A stretch of 64,000 nucleotides of DNA from Octopus sinensis (taxonomy: Eukaryota), in the NCBI RefSeq assembly GCF_006345805.1, contig NC_042999.1, positions 57,412,001 through 57,476,000 of the forward strand, in the 5' to 3' direction. Below, piece after piece: positions 1 through 13,900 of this stretch. The notes beneath the pieces were generated by a model that saw only the letters and a list, made by a program, of their open reading frames with translations, was not told the origin of the DNA and made no database searches. Within the stretch, counting starts at the first letter, position 1, and every line of letters begins with the position of its first letter. The position numbers and the translations under genes are program-made.

Positions 1-639
1 TAAAGCAAAAAGTTTCCCAGCGTTTCCTCTATGAGAATGGTTTCATTCTCTTTCACCATTATTCTCTATCCACTCCCTTCCTTCATTCTAAATTTCTCTG
101 TCTCTTCCCCCTCCCCCTCTCTCTCCTTGCCTCTGACCGTCCTCCTGCGTTTAATGCGTTGTTTCTCTTACCTTTCAGCGCCATCTATCTCCCTCCTCTC
201 TCTCTCTTTCTCTCACTCCCTCTTATTCTCTCTTCTTTGCCGCTTTGCCTCCCACTTCCTCGCCTTAACAAGTTTTATTTCTCTCTTTTTACCTCTTCTT
301 TCAATTAAGTGTGACACACACTACAGGTACCTAGTATTAATACACCAGCTTGACCCGTGAAAAATTCACGGAAAACAAAAAATTGTGTGCTGGTGCCATG
401 AGAAATGTTTCTATATTGTGACAGTAACAGAATATAGAAAGAAGTGTAAAACCGATAACTATATAATCCAACTAAAGACCTACGGGTCCGTAGCCAGCTT
501 TTTTGTTGTTGACATGTATGTAGTTTCAAAGTGCCTTATTTTACAACTAAGAGATGTATTGTTGTTATGATTTTATCTTACTATAATCAACAACAAACAC
601 ATTTCGTCAATATAAAAATCTTTATTAGATTAAAAATAA

Positions 640-903
640 CATTTTCAAAACATGAAGGTAAAACAAAACTAATATGCTTTGTTTTCTTCAGGGCACCAGT
701 GTACTGAGGCCGTAGTATTTCACGTTGTTCACCAACCGACCTTTCCTCTGAAAAAATCAGTGGAATCAATCGATCTCCATACACAAATTATTCTCCTCCT
801 GAAACTTATAAAAAAAAGTACACATATTAGGCGCACCTTTCTATAAATCGCACACTAAATTTTCCAGGTAAAAAGTAGTAGCTTATACACCGGAAATATG
901 GTA
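640..903 (+). mobile_element. pogo/Tc-like DNA transposon 3' end
   Basis: Ends in ...cttatacaccggaaatatggTA, resembling pogo-type TIRs (reverse complement TACCATATTTCCGGTGTATAAG). Confidence 0.4.
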
Positions 904-2391
904 ATTGTAGTGGCAGTGGCAAGTTCACTCGCTTGTTGGTAGTCGATAGTGTAGAAGTGGCTGTCTGCCAGTAGAGAGGGAAAGAGTAAGGAATGCACGG
1001 TGCTGACTATAAAGGAAGAAAGGATAACATACGACGAATAGAGTGGTGACATTTAGTAAAGGTGACCCGAAAGTTGTTCCTCTTCGATTACTATTGCAAA
1101 CAGTAGTAGCTTTCTTCAACTGAATACACGTTGTTGATTGGTTAAAATTACCCAAATATGACAACTTTAACTCGAAATAACTTCTAAAATACGAAATTTT
1201 GTCAAAAATGTTCAAAGTAAACCGTGTTCTGCGTGAGAAATTACAATAGTAGACGAAGTTTCAAACTGTTTAGTTTTTAAAAATTAATTAAAAAATCTGA
1301 GCCGGACTGAACAGATCCGCCTCCAGACTGTGAGACCCACAAATGCGACTGTTAGGACCGGATTAACACCCATAGCGACCCTAACGACTAAAAAGATTTT
1401 ACTACCCCTATATAGGATCTTTTTTCCGTTTTCTTCCAGCCATTTGAAGGTTTATCTTGCTCCAGTCCACTCAGCTGGCCAAAATGAGTTGTAGCTGTAA
1501 TCAAAAGGCACCAGCTTTGTCGTATTCTGTATGAGGCTGAATCTCCCTGAGAACTACTTTAATGATAGTGTTGTGGTTCAACTTAAGGACAGAGCTGGCG
1601 ACCTACTTTTGGGAATGAATCCATTGTTCTGCCAGATGCGGGTTGATTAATTAGCTCTGGGGAAACTCCCCGACCTTTTCAGGTGAATTAGGGTTCAGTT
1701 TGTGAGAGGCAGTCGGCATTTGGGATTCAGGGCAAGCAGTTGGCAGTTTGGATATAGCAGTGGCTGTTCTGCTAGTGACAGTGTACTGAGAGATGACAGG
1801 AAGACAGTCATGAGAGAGTGAACAGTTGGGATTGTACAGCGAGTTAGTAATGGTTTGTTCTGCTGTGACAGAGAGAGATATACAGAGGATTAGGCAGCCA
1901 ATAGAGATGGACTACAATGTGAGGCATTGGCTGATGTAACGGTATGTGTTAATTGTATGTTTTGATATGTGAAGAAAAAGAAGGAAAAAGAATCGATGTA
2001 TTGAAATGTAAAAGAAATGAACATTGTGTTACAGAACTGTTAAAGAAAGAGAGATACTCTGTTGTAGCCTTTAATGAACATTGAACTGTATATGCCTTTA
2101 ATGTGATTTGAACTGTAACGTTAATGTGATTTGAAACAGAACTGTTGTCTCCGGACTGTATATTGCATCAATCTGAACCGTTATTGTACCCGTTATCTAC
2201 TTTATCACTGATTCCTTTGACCACTCCCCTAAGAATGATAGTTTGCGCCATGCCTACCCCAAAAAGTCCCCCACCACCACCCCTTTAAACCTGCCTAAGT
2301 GTATAAATGCCAAAACTATTCTTGTCACCTAGCTTCCTGATGATTTCTTTTGAATGAAACAGTTCTAGTCCTGTAGAAGCTCCTTCTATAA

Positions 2392-2561
<170 letters not shown>

Positions 2562-2829
2562 CAAGGAAAAATTGTAAAAATGCACAATGCTCGATTGAAA
2601 GGAAATTTCGATTGAAAGTGAAAAAATATATAATATATATTTATTGAAAACTGGTTTTGGTCATAGTTTGACTTATCAAGAATACTTAGGTGGCCTTTCA
2701 TTACATACAGACGCTCACACACACACACACATACACACATACACACACACACACAAACACACACGTGCGCGCGCACATACACGCTCACGCACACACCACC
2801 GCATCTTGTATTAAGCGCGACAATACGAA

Positions 2830-2988
2830 TCTATTCATCCGTGCATTACAGTTCTGACGTAACTACTTAGCTCCCCGTAAATATTAACCTAAATTTAGGC
2901 ACGTCATCACAGGATATATTCTTATTGGTTGATATCATAGGTACACTTACCAAACGTTATTCATTTCTTCGTCTTCACCCAGGTAAGT
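2830..2988 (+). promoter_or_regulatory. Candidate TGDS promoter and non-coding first exon
   Basis: Consensus donor CAG|GTAAGT at 2980-2988. It is preceded by TGACGT/ACGTCA (CRE-like) motifs and ATTGG (reverse CCAAT) in a unique, CpG-containing island between microsatellites. The TGDS ATG exon starts with a splice acceptor, so an upstream exon is expected. Confidence 0.4.
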
Positions 2989-3199
2989 TATAAAATGTTT
3001 TGTCTTGCTATCATTTCATCAATAGTTTTTATGTTTTGTAGTTTCAAAACTAAGTCATTGATTCTGATAGATTAACATTTTGTTTTCCAACATTGACAAC
3101 AATAGCTACTTTAACATTCACTACAGTGGTCTTAATTAAAAATTGTATATATATATATATACTAGTTGAAGGTGACCAGCTCTATGGGCGGGTAAGGGG

Positions 3200-3540
3200 G
3201 TGGTTGTTACTTTCTGTTGCTTCCTTTCAGCACGTAAAAAGCACCATCCGAACGTGGCCGATTGCAGCGCCGCCTTGACTGGCTTCTGTGCCGGTGGCAC
3301 GTAAAAAGCACCAACCGATCGTTGCCGCAGCGAGCCCCCCTGGCACCTGTGCCGGCGGCACGAAAAAAGCACCCACTACATTCACAGAGTGGTTGGCGTT
3401 AGGAAGGTCATCCACCTGTAGAAACACTGCCAGATCAGACTGGAGCCTGGTGCAACCTCATGGCTTCCCAGACCCCGGTCACACTGTCCAACCCGTGCTA
3501 GCACGGAAAACGGACTTTAAACGATGATGATGATGATGAT
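3200..3540 (+). mobile_element. RTE-type LINE 3' end (5'-truncated)
   Basis: 'taaaaagcac' subrepeats and the tail ...gtccaacccgtgctagcacggaaaacggactttaaac(GAT)n; same tail at 43930-44118, 50968-51085 and on the minus strand at 62213. Confidence 0.7.
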
Positions 3541-3715
3541 TCTCCGTCTTTGTTTCTCTCTCCTTTCTTTCTCACTTTCCCACTCTCTTACTTTTATTTT
3601 CTCTCGGACTCTCCCTCGCTTTCTCTTACTCTCTATCTTTATCTATCTCTCTCACATTATAAACAACAGAAGATCTTGAGTGAGTTGAGAGTTAAAATAT
3701 ATAGCCACTCCTACG

Positions 3716-3772
<57 letters not shown>

Positions 3773-3781
3773 TTTTTATCT

Positions 3782-4310
3782 TTTATCTTTTTTACTTGCT
3801 TCAGTCAATAGACTGCAGACATGGTGGAGCACCGCCTTGAACAATTTTTGGCCGTATGAATCGACCCCAGTACTTATTTTTAGATAAGCCCGGTACTTAT
3901 TCTATCGGTCTTTTTTGCCGAACCGCTAAGTTACGGGCATATAAACACACCAAGACCAGTTGTCAGGCGGTGGTGGGGATTAATCCAGACACAAAGAGCA
4001 TACATACACACATACATACACACATACATACATACATACATACATACATACATACATACATACATACATACATACATACATACATACATACATGCATGCA
4101 TGCATACATGCATAGATATACGACAAGCTTCTTTCAGTTTTCGTGTACTTAATCCACTCACAAGCCTTTGGTCGGCCCGAAGCTTTAATGGAAGACACTT
4201 GCACAAGGTGCCATGTAGTGAGACCGCAACTCGAACTATGTGGTTGGGAAGCAAGTTTCTTACCACACAGTTACGCCTGCGCCTATATATATATTGTTAT
4301 AGCCAGTCAA
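3782..4310 (-). mobile_element. tRNA-derived SINE (CORE-like middle), minus strand
   Basis: Homologous, by eye, to copies at about 8640-8830, 30790-30925, 39465-39682 and 53850-54010; internal (CATA)n; minus strand reads ...tgtgtggtaagaaacttgctt...agttcgagttgcgg...ggcaccttgtgcaagtgtcttc. Confidence 0.75.
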
Positions 4311-4623
4311 GGTGCCATGTAGTGAGACCGCAACTCGAACTATGTGGTTGGGAAGCAAGTTTCTTACCACACAGTTACGCCTGCGCCTATATATATATTG
4401 TTATAGCCAGTCAAGGTGCCATGTAGTGAGACCGCAACTCGAACTATGTGGTTGGGAAGCAAGTTTCTTACCACACAGTTACGCCTGCGCCTATATATAT
4501 ATTGTTATAGCCAGTCAAGGTGCCATGTAGTGAGACCGCAACTCGAACTATGTGGTTGGGAAGCAAGTTTCTTACCACACAGTTACGCCTGCGCCTATAT
4601 ATATATATTGTTATAGCCAGTCA
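4204..4623 (-). repeat. Four tandem copies of a 104-bp SINE head
   Basis: Unit starts at 4204, 4308, 4412 and 4516; copies identical apart from (TA)n length in the last. Confidence 0.95.
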
Positions 4624-4740
4624 TAGTGTGACCATTGGTTTCGCACCTATAAATCGCATAGCAATATAGGCAACTCGTCAGAGTCTAATGAGTACTCCAT
4701 GCAGCTAAGCGCAGTATATACATGTTTATACATGTATGTA

Positions 4741-4819
<79 letters not shown>

Positions 4820-5179
4820 CAGCGTGACGTATATTTGCCATTTGAATATGGCTAACCCCTAAGGGTGGATGCTACTGTAGTCTGTAGCCCCAGGAGAACA
4901 CCTCCTCCAGCTGGCTATAGACACACTTTCTGTGCCCTATCAGTACTTGCAAAGGGAAGCCATCCTTCCCGTCTTCAACTTATGATACACACGGACTTGA
5001 GTTTCAGGGTATTAACCCGTCATCGGCGTGTGACAATCATAGTTGTCGATGAGAAGTAGGTTCCCTTCACAAATACATATACTTTTTCCAGTATCAATTG
5101 ACACTGATATTGAAAAAGTGTAATCAAACAATGATAAATCTCAGAGCGAGTTATAAACAGTAGCAGCAAAAAGTAATAT

Positions 5180-6800
5180 ATATATATACACACACACACA
5201 CATACATACACACATACATACACACATACTTACATAGACACATATATACATACACACACACATACATATACATACATACATACAGACACACACATGCACA
5301 CATACACGCATGCACACATACATACATACACACACATACATACTATACACACATACATACATACACACACGCGTACATATACATACATACACATACACAT
5401 ACACACACATACACACATACATCCGTACATACATACATAGACACACACTTACATACACACACATACATACTTACACACATACACACACACATACATACAC
5501 ACACGCATACATATACATACACACACACATACACACATACATACATATATACACACATACATACACACATACATACATAGATACATACATACACACACAC
5601 ATACATACACACACGCATACATATACATACACACACACATACACACATACATACATATATACACACATACATACACACATACATACATAGATACATACAT
5701 ACACAAACATACATATACATACATACATACACACACACATACATACACACATACACACACACGCATGCACACATACATACATACACACACATACATACAT
5801 ACATACACACACATACATACACACATACACATACATACATACATACATACATACGCACATACATACACACACATATACATACATACACACACACATACAC
5901 ACATATATATATATATACATACATACACACACACATACACACATACACGCATGCACACATACATACATACACACACACATACATACACTACATACATAGA
6001 TACATACATACATACACACACATACATATACATACATATGTACACACACGCACATACACACATACACGCATGCAAAAATACACACATACACATATACGTA
6101 CATACATACATACACACACACTTACACACATACACACACATACATACATACGTACGTACATACATACATACACACATACATACACACACATACATACATA
6201 CGTACAAACATACACACATACACACACACATACACACATACATACATACACACACGCATACATACACACATACACACACACATACACACATACATACATA
6301 CACACACGCATACATATACATACATACATACACATACACACACATACACACACATATAAACATATAAACACACATATAAGCCTCTACATTGTACACACGC
6401 ACACATATATACATACATTCACTCGCACGCACGTACACACACACGCACACACACACACATTTACATATATATATATATATATACTATACACTCACACACA
6501 CATACACACGTACAAACACACACAAACTCACATACACACCGACAGATATACATACACAATATACACCTATCCGCGCACGCACACATACACACAAACACAT
6601 ACAAACGCACACATACACGCACACACATACACGTACATACATACACTCTCACACAAATGAACCCACACATTCATCCCTACACACACACACGCACGTACAA
6701 GCAAACACGCACTAGGTTAAGCAGTTACTCGCCACACACCCACACTCTACGCATACACACACGAACACACACATGCACACACACACATGATACATATAGC
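5180..6800. repeat. About 1.6-kb compound (CA)/(CATA)n microsatellite
   Basis: Directly visible; produces the spurious HT/YV/CM ORFs. Confidence 0.97.
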
Positions 6801-6955
6801 CCTTTGTTTTTTTGACCTGGCTTTGACCTGGCTTGATACAAACAGCTAGTAGTCATAAAGGAATGCCTTATGACAGCTGACTTTGTCATTGCTTTTTATT
6901 CACCAAAAATACAGACACACACACACACGCACGCACAAACACACTTGTCATCCTT

Positions 6956-6988
<33 letters not shown>

Positions 6989-7133
6989 TTCCTTTTTTGA
7001 AACTCTCTTACCTTATAAAACCATGTTTCGACTACCTCTCAACTTCTATTCTTTCAACATGTGATCTCTTGAGCACCACCAGCTCAAATATTTTTTCCTC
7101 TGTCTTCCCTTCTTGGGATCTTTCCTTCTCCTT

Positions 7134-7168
7134 GTTTCCGACGAAGAGCTCCGCTCGAAACGTTAAAC
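7134..7168 (+). ncRNA. Minimal type-I hammerhead-like motif (U4C variant)
   Basis: GTTT-CCGACGA-A-GAGC tcc GCTC-GAAAC-GTT-AAAC: stem I GTTT/AAAC, stem II GAGC/GCTC. Confidence 0.55.
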
Positions 7169-7269
7169 CCTCCTTCCCTTCTTTCCTGAGCGTCAATAAT
7201 ACTTTAATTGTTCCACGTCCTGCGTTGCTGTGTTTTTTCTCTTTTTTTCTGTGTTTTTCTGTTTGGATC

Positions 7270-7369
<100 letters not shown>

Positions 7370-7373
7370 TATA

Positions 7374-7434
<61 letters not shown>

Positions 7435-7482
7435 TATTATATATAAACATATATATATATATATAAACATATATATATATAT

Positions 7483-7515
<33 letters not shown>

Positions 7516-7789
7516 AACAGGGTTTCCTATATACGAATATAATTCGTTCCAGCGCCCTGTTCGTTAATCAAATCGGTTGTTACATGAATTCACGCGCATT
7601 TTCCCCCTTCTGTCAATCCATGGTTATGTTTTTAGCAAAATATATTAGAAAATTTTGTTTTTTATAAAAATATTTGCAAGTTACTTGAATTGCCAACATA
7701 GACATTAACGAACCGTTTATACAAGCTCTCCAAGCGATTTATATGCGTGCGTAGTCTACTCCTGGTTTATTGTCCACATTTCCGCTTGA

Positions 7790-8050
7790 TGGGCACCATA
7801 TAAGCAATGTCATGCTTGATATTCACAAAGATCAGAATTAAGGTCTAGCAAGAATTCAACAAATGTTTTAAAGAGAGAATAGAAACTTCCAAGCATTTTT
7901 TCCTTTGACAGCCATCGTACTTCTGTGTCTAAGAACAACCGTTCAAATTCTTCATCATTGTCATTGAGAGCACGTGCATTGATTTTGTTTACTATTGTGA
8001 TATCAGTGATTAACGATTTGTTAAATCTACCAGTTAGGTTATAGCAACCA
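7790..8050 (-). mobile_element. hAT (Buster/Charlie-like) transposase fragment
   Basis: VNKINARALN...DNDEEFERLFLDTEVRWLSK..L..FYSLF.TFVEFL matches the HTEVRWLSKG region of Buster-type hAT transposases. Confidence 0.8.
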
Positions 8051-8938
8051 GATGTTGCCTGTGAATTATACAGTGCGCAATAAACACACCACATATAACT
8101 TTAATAAAATTATGAAGAGTCCCATCTATTGCTCAAAACAAAATACTGGCCTTTCTTTTGTGTCTGTTTCTTGTTGTTTTATCAATAGCTCCCGAACCAA
8201 ACGTTAATCTTTGATGAAGCAAACTTTTGTTTTATAAACAAGAACGTTTATTTTATGAAAAAGAGACAAGTTTTATTGCCTAACACGGAGGACTCATCTG
8301 TGAGCTAAATTCAGTTATTCTAAGTATGCTGCACAATATATCTTCGATGTTATACTGCACAATATATTTTCCGCATTTTGAAGCATCTATAAAACACAAT
8401 TTTAGAGAAAAGGTTTCGTACTTCCACCTTTTCATTTTAATTTTTACGGTTAAAATTCCTCGTGGAAAATGAAAATATATTAAGTAGTCGCTATAGGAAT
8501 TAAGTGGTGTATGACTTAACAGAAAATTAAATCAAGTAAATTTATTGATTTAATTAAATAAGCTTATGCTGTATCTCTACCATGTGTAATTGAAAGAAAT
8601 AAGTGAATTATACCGAGGGATTCTTCTTACTACTATTTTACTATTTTACTTGTTTCAGTCATTTGGCTGCGGCCATGATGGAGCACCGCCTTTAGTCGAG
8701 CAAATCGACCCCAGAGCTTATTCTTTGTAAGCCTAGTACTTATTCTATCGGTTGTCAAGCGATGTTGGGGTGACAAACACAGACACACAAACATATGCAC
8801 ACACATACATATACATATACATACATATAAAATACAAAATACACAATTATATCTTGAGATAGCTTGTAATAACAATACTCAAAATATAATACAGGCTGGA
8901 GTTGTAATGCTCCAAATGAGCTATATTCCACTTCTTAA

Positions 8939-9495
8939 TTTGAGCGGAGGCAATGCGAGCAGTAACTAAAGGAACATTACTAAAATCCACACAGAAAGAT
9001 CAAATACATACATATATTCATTTATATCTACAGAACGGATATAAAATCCGACGTATAAAAATATAATAATATATATAAATAAACATCATATAATATATGT
9101 AAATACATAAGAATCAGTGTTGCATACAAAACACAGTGAATTTACGCTTAAGATCATAAAACATTGATAAATTAAAAATTTGGGATAATAAAACATATAA
9201 AGGACATATTAAGATGACGTATTAAAATTCCAGAAAAAAAAAAACAGAAAAAATAAAAATACAAAAATTACAAAATTGTTCATCTATGGGCCGTTTCGGA
9301 GACGCGCCAATTAATATGATACATTTCATATATTCTAAACTGACACTCTCCTCATCAGGATGTTTTTTTATACACAATACACAATACATTAAAACAAATG
9401 TACAATTACATACCAGCTATCTGCGAGAGATGTTCCTATAGTTCCTTTAGCTAGTAATGTTCCTATAGTTACTGCTCGCATTGCCTCCGCTCAAA
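8939..9495. mobile_element. Inverted-repeat-flanked element carrying a hammerhead-like motif
   Basis: 44-bp inverted repeat (8939-8982 vs 9452-9495, 1 mismatch); HHR-like core on the minus strand at 9281-9362. Confidence 0.7.
9281..9362 (-). ncRNA. Hammerhead-like motif
   Basis: Minus strand: CATC-CTGATGA-GGAGA...(long loop)...TCTCC-GAAAC-GGCCCATA-GATG; stem I CATC/GATG, stem II GGAGA/TCTCC, one mismatch in stem III. Confidence 0.6.
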
Positions 9496-9881
9496 TATAT
9501 ATATATATCAAAGTAAGCAACAAGAATATCTTCGGTAATTTGGTACGATCGTTTCACGCTACATCATTTTATTAAACATTGTAAGTAAAGAGGGTAGATA
9601 TACCCTCTTTATAATGTTAGCAATTAACATGGAAATAAGTATATGTATTGATGGAAAACCTCTATGAATGGCTGATGATTGCTCAACATTTTAAAACTGA
9701 TGTAATACTTACAATCTTTAATAAAATGATGTAGCGTGAAACAATCGTACCAATTACCGAAGATATTCTTATTGCTTACTTTGATTATAATCACCCCATG
9801 GATTTATATGGATAACACCGTACAAAATTCTGGTGCATCTGACTTAAGCACCATATTCATTTGAATCTAAATTTTGCTGAA

Positions 9882-9937
<56 letters not shown>

Positions 9938-10959
9938 GAGGGAATATTATTCCAAACATACAGGGGAAAATTCAATTTAGAAATACTAAATCAAATTTCA
10001 CAAAATATTATATATATATATATATATAAATTAGAAAAAAAAACACCTTTTATCAATTGTGATAAAATCGAATTATCCTAATGAATTTATGATCACGAAA
10101 GAGCGCTTTGTATTGTTTGTTTGGTTTACGTGATAGTGTTTGTACAGATTCTTTTAAGCAAAACTAACACGGAACATGTTTTGCCCTCGTATGGAAGGCC
10201 ATGTCAATGATAAACCAAGTTTTTTTTCATTTAGTATACTTTTTTCTTAAGATTATGTTTGTGATTGGCTAGTGAAGTACATTTACTGTGTTTTCGAGTT
10301 TAAAAGAGTTCAGAAGTACTGAGTATCGTTGTTAAAAGTTAACAGTAGCTCCAATGCAAATTTTGATAGAGTTTTGCTGTCTGTTAAGGAACGTACACTT
10401 ATAAACGACGTTGAATCTTCTGCAATTGGCTTGTAATTGACAATTATTACGCATTTTTAAGTTGCCGTTGGAACCATTCGGCTTAGGATCCTTTTAATGA
10501 TGTGTATTATTTTTGCTATTACTAAAAAATCTGTGATAGACTGATCTACATCTATCTGATCCATCCTCTTTGCATGTGCTATATGCACATGCAAAGAGAA
10601 TGAATCAGATCGACCTAGATCAGCCTGTCAAAGTGTTGTCAGTATTATTCAAGTCATTAACCGTACTAGAAGTACTGGTGATAGAATGAGAAGATGCCCG
10701 AGTCCTTGAGAGTAGGTAAATGCAACGCCCTTTGTCGTGGTTGCTAGTGTGACTACTATTATTACTACGAGTACTATTGTTATTATCGTTATTATTAGCC
10801 CGCCGGACAAAATGCTTAACTGAATTTCATCCGTCTTTACGTTCTGAATTAAAATACCGCCGAGGTCGACTTTACCATCTTTTATAATCAAAGATGTTCC
10901 AACTATGACTATCCCATTTAATTGGAGGGTATCTAAAACAGGTCTCCGCTTGGAGCTAC

Positions 10960-13900
10960 TGGTGATATGTAACCCAGTACAACCTGTTACATGGTCGGGT
11001 CGCTGGCGACTAAACTGGCAACCCCACCAAGATTTCTTGGTGAGGAGGGTGATTCGGATACCCAGCAGGACTAAAAACAAAACCTGTCAAAGGGCAGAGG
11101 GGCTCTCTCATGAGTCAATGGCCATCCAAAAACCTACATAAATCCGGAGTGTAGCCCCTAAGGCGGTTGGATTGCGCCATGCGTGCCACCTTCCGGCAGC
11201 TCCTGCATCCTGGTCTACCCCCAGCCGTCTTGGCTTTGTCTTGCCACTGGATCCGGCGCACCAGGACGAGAGAGTGAGGCTGATCCTGCGCAAGTCACCC
11301 TCACTATAATCCAAGTCACGCGCACGTCATGACATCATGACACCAACATCACAAAGTCCTGTGGCGATGGGAGAACGGCGAAGTAGCAGGTGAGGATACA
11401 CTGGGAGCTGCAGTCGTGAACCCACACACAGGCGGCTCAGGACATGTGGTTGCCCCTCACTGAACTGAGGCAGCAGTGGAGTCCGGCAGCCTCCTGAGTG
11501 ACCGAGCAGCCCTCTCAGGATCGGTCTGCTCTCCTCCGCAGCATGAGGACGGGGCTAGAAAAGGTTGCCCTAAACATAGCCTGCCTCACCTCACCCTGGT
11601 CAGCAAACCGCGGCTGGCGGGGATCCTTTCCAAGCGATCGAAACAAAGAAAGAAAACGAACAAAGGTGCTCACTTTCGCAACTTGGAACGTGAGAACTCT
11701 GCTTGACAACACCAAAGCGGACAGACCAGAAGGACGAACTGCCCTGGTGGCCAGAGAACTGAGCCGATACAATGTCGATATCGCAGCACTGAGCGAGACC
11801 CGCCTTGCGGACAAAGGCCAGCTGACAGAGACAGGCAGCGGCTACACTTTCTTTTGGAGTGGTCGCAGCAGCGAAGAGCGTCGTGAGGTTGGTATTGGTT
11901 TTGCCATCAAGTCAGTACACGTGCGGAAACTGGAAAGCTCCCCCGAGGGTATCAACGATCGGCTGAAGAAGAGCAGCTCCCACTTGGAAACAAGACTAGT
12001 GCGACCATCATCAGCGCTTACGGCCCCACCATGACCAACCCTGAAGAAGTTAAGGACAGCTTCTATGAGGAACTCGACTCCCTCATCACGTCAGCCCAGC
12101 CTGGGAAGCTCATCCTCCTTGGGGACTTTAACGCCCGTATCGGGACTGACCACCAAGCCTGGCATCGCGTACTGGGAAAGCACGGAATCGGAAAGTGCAA
12201 CAACAACGGGCAGCTCCTCCTGCGAGCGTGCGCCTCTCATGATCTTACCATCACCAACACCTTGTTCCGTCTGACAACACGCAACAAGACATCATGGATG
12301 CATCCACGCTCCAAACACTGGCATCTGATAGATTATGTCATCGTCAGGGCGAAAGACAAGCGGGACGTGAGACTGGTCAAAGCCATGTGTGGAGCTGATT
12401 GCTGGACGGACCATCGCCTCATCATCTCCAGGATGGATTTCTACATCCAACCTAAGAGAAGACCACAGGGTCAGAAAGTGACGAGGAAGCTCAACATCAC
12501 GAAATTAAAGAACCAGCTGACTGCACAAGATCTCCAGTCACGTATGGACAGCAAGCTGTTGGACATTCGGAATGACCAGTCCAGCATCGATGAGCGGTGG
12601 GAATCATTCAGGGACACGGTTCATTCCATCGCCCTTGAAACTCTAGGCCAAGTTACGAGGAACCACCAGGACTGGTTCGACGAAAACGACCAGGAAATCC
12701 AAAAGCTCCTGGAAGAGAAACGCCGTCTGCTGCGGGCCCACCAAAATGACACCACCTGCACGGCAAAGAAGGCTGCTTTCAACAACATCCGCAGCACAGT
12801 CCAGGCAAAACTCCGCCTCATGCAAAACGCATGGTTAAGCGCCAAGGCGGATGAGATTCAGGGATACGCAGACAAACACGACACCAAGAAATTCTACGAG
12901 GCGCTGAAAGCTGTCTATGGACCGCAGTCCTCCTTTGGATCAACCCCCCTGCTCAGCTCGGATGGAACCTCACTCCTGACTAACAAGAGGCTGATCCTGG
13001 AGAGATGGGCGGAGCATTTCAACATCGTGCTCAACCGACCAGCCCAGATCAACGAGGAAGCCATCGCACGACTCCCCCAGGTGCCGACAAACCACGAGCT
13101 GGCTGTTCCCCCTGCAGTCGAGGAAGTGAGCAGAGCCATCAAAAAAATGTCCACCGGCAAAGCTCCAGGCTCTGACGCCATCCCTGCAGAGGTGTTCAAG
13201 TCGGGCGGTCCTACCATGATCAGTCAGCTCACCAGTCTGTTCCAGTCGATGTGGGACAAGGAACAACTCGCTCAAGATTTACGGGATGCAACAATCGTCC
13301 ACATTTATAAGCGGAAAGGAGATCGGCAATCCTGCGACAACCACCGAGGAATCTCCCTCTTGTCCATAGCAGGCAAGATCCTGGCCCGAGTCCTGCTTGA
13401 CCGCCTTCTGGAACACTTGGAGCAAGGCCTTCTCCCTGAGAGCCAGTGTGGCTTCCGCGCGGGTCGAGGGACCACTGACATGATATTCGTCGCTCGCCAG
13501 CTCCAGGAGAAATGCATGGAGCAACATCTTGACCTCTGCATGACCTTTGTTGACCTCACCAGGGCTTTCGATACAGTCAGTCGGGAGGGACTCTGGAAGG
13601 TCATGGGAAAATTTGGTTGTCCCAGCAAATTTATTGCAATTGTCCGCCAGTCCCACGACGGAATGACAGCCAGAGTCCTTGAAGACGGCAACTCATCTGA
13701 AGTCTTCCAGGTGACCAACGGAGTCAGGCAGGGCTGTGTCCTGGCCCCAACACTGTTCAGCATCATGTTCTCGGCAATGCTGTCCGACGCCTTCAGGGAC
13801 TGCAAGTCCGGTATCGACATCAAGTACAGGACGGACGGGAAATTTTTCAACTCCAGAAGATTGCAGGCCGTCACAAAGGTGAGGGAGACAGTCGTCAGAG

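Noticed and set aside
4204-4623. Regular repeat array resembling CRISPR
   Set aside because: The units are fully identical with no unique spacers, derive from a SINE head, and lie in a eukaryotic context with no cas genes.
5141-6715. Many long ORFs (up to 335 aa) rich in H/T/Y or V/C/M
   Set aside because: Translations of (CA)/(CATA)n microsatellite; the same applies to the YI-, LSIY-, N- and I-rich ORFs elsewhere.
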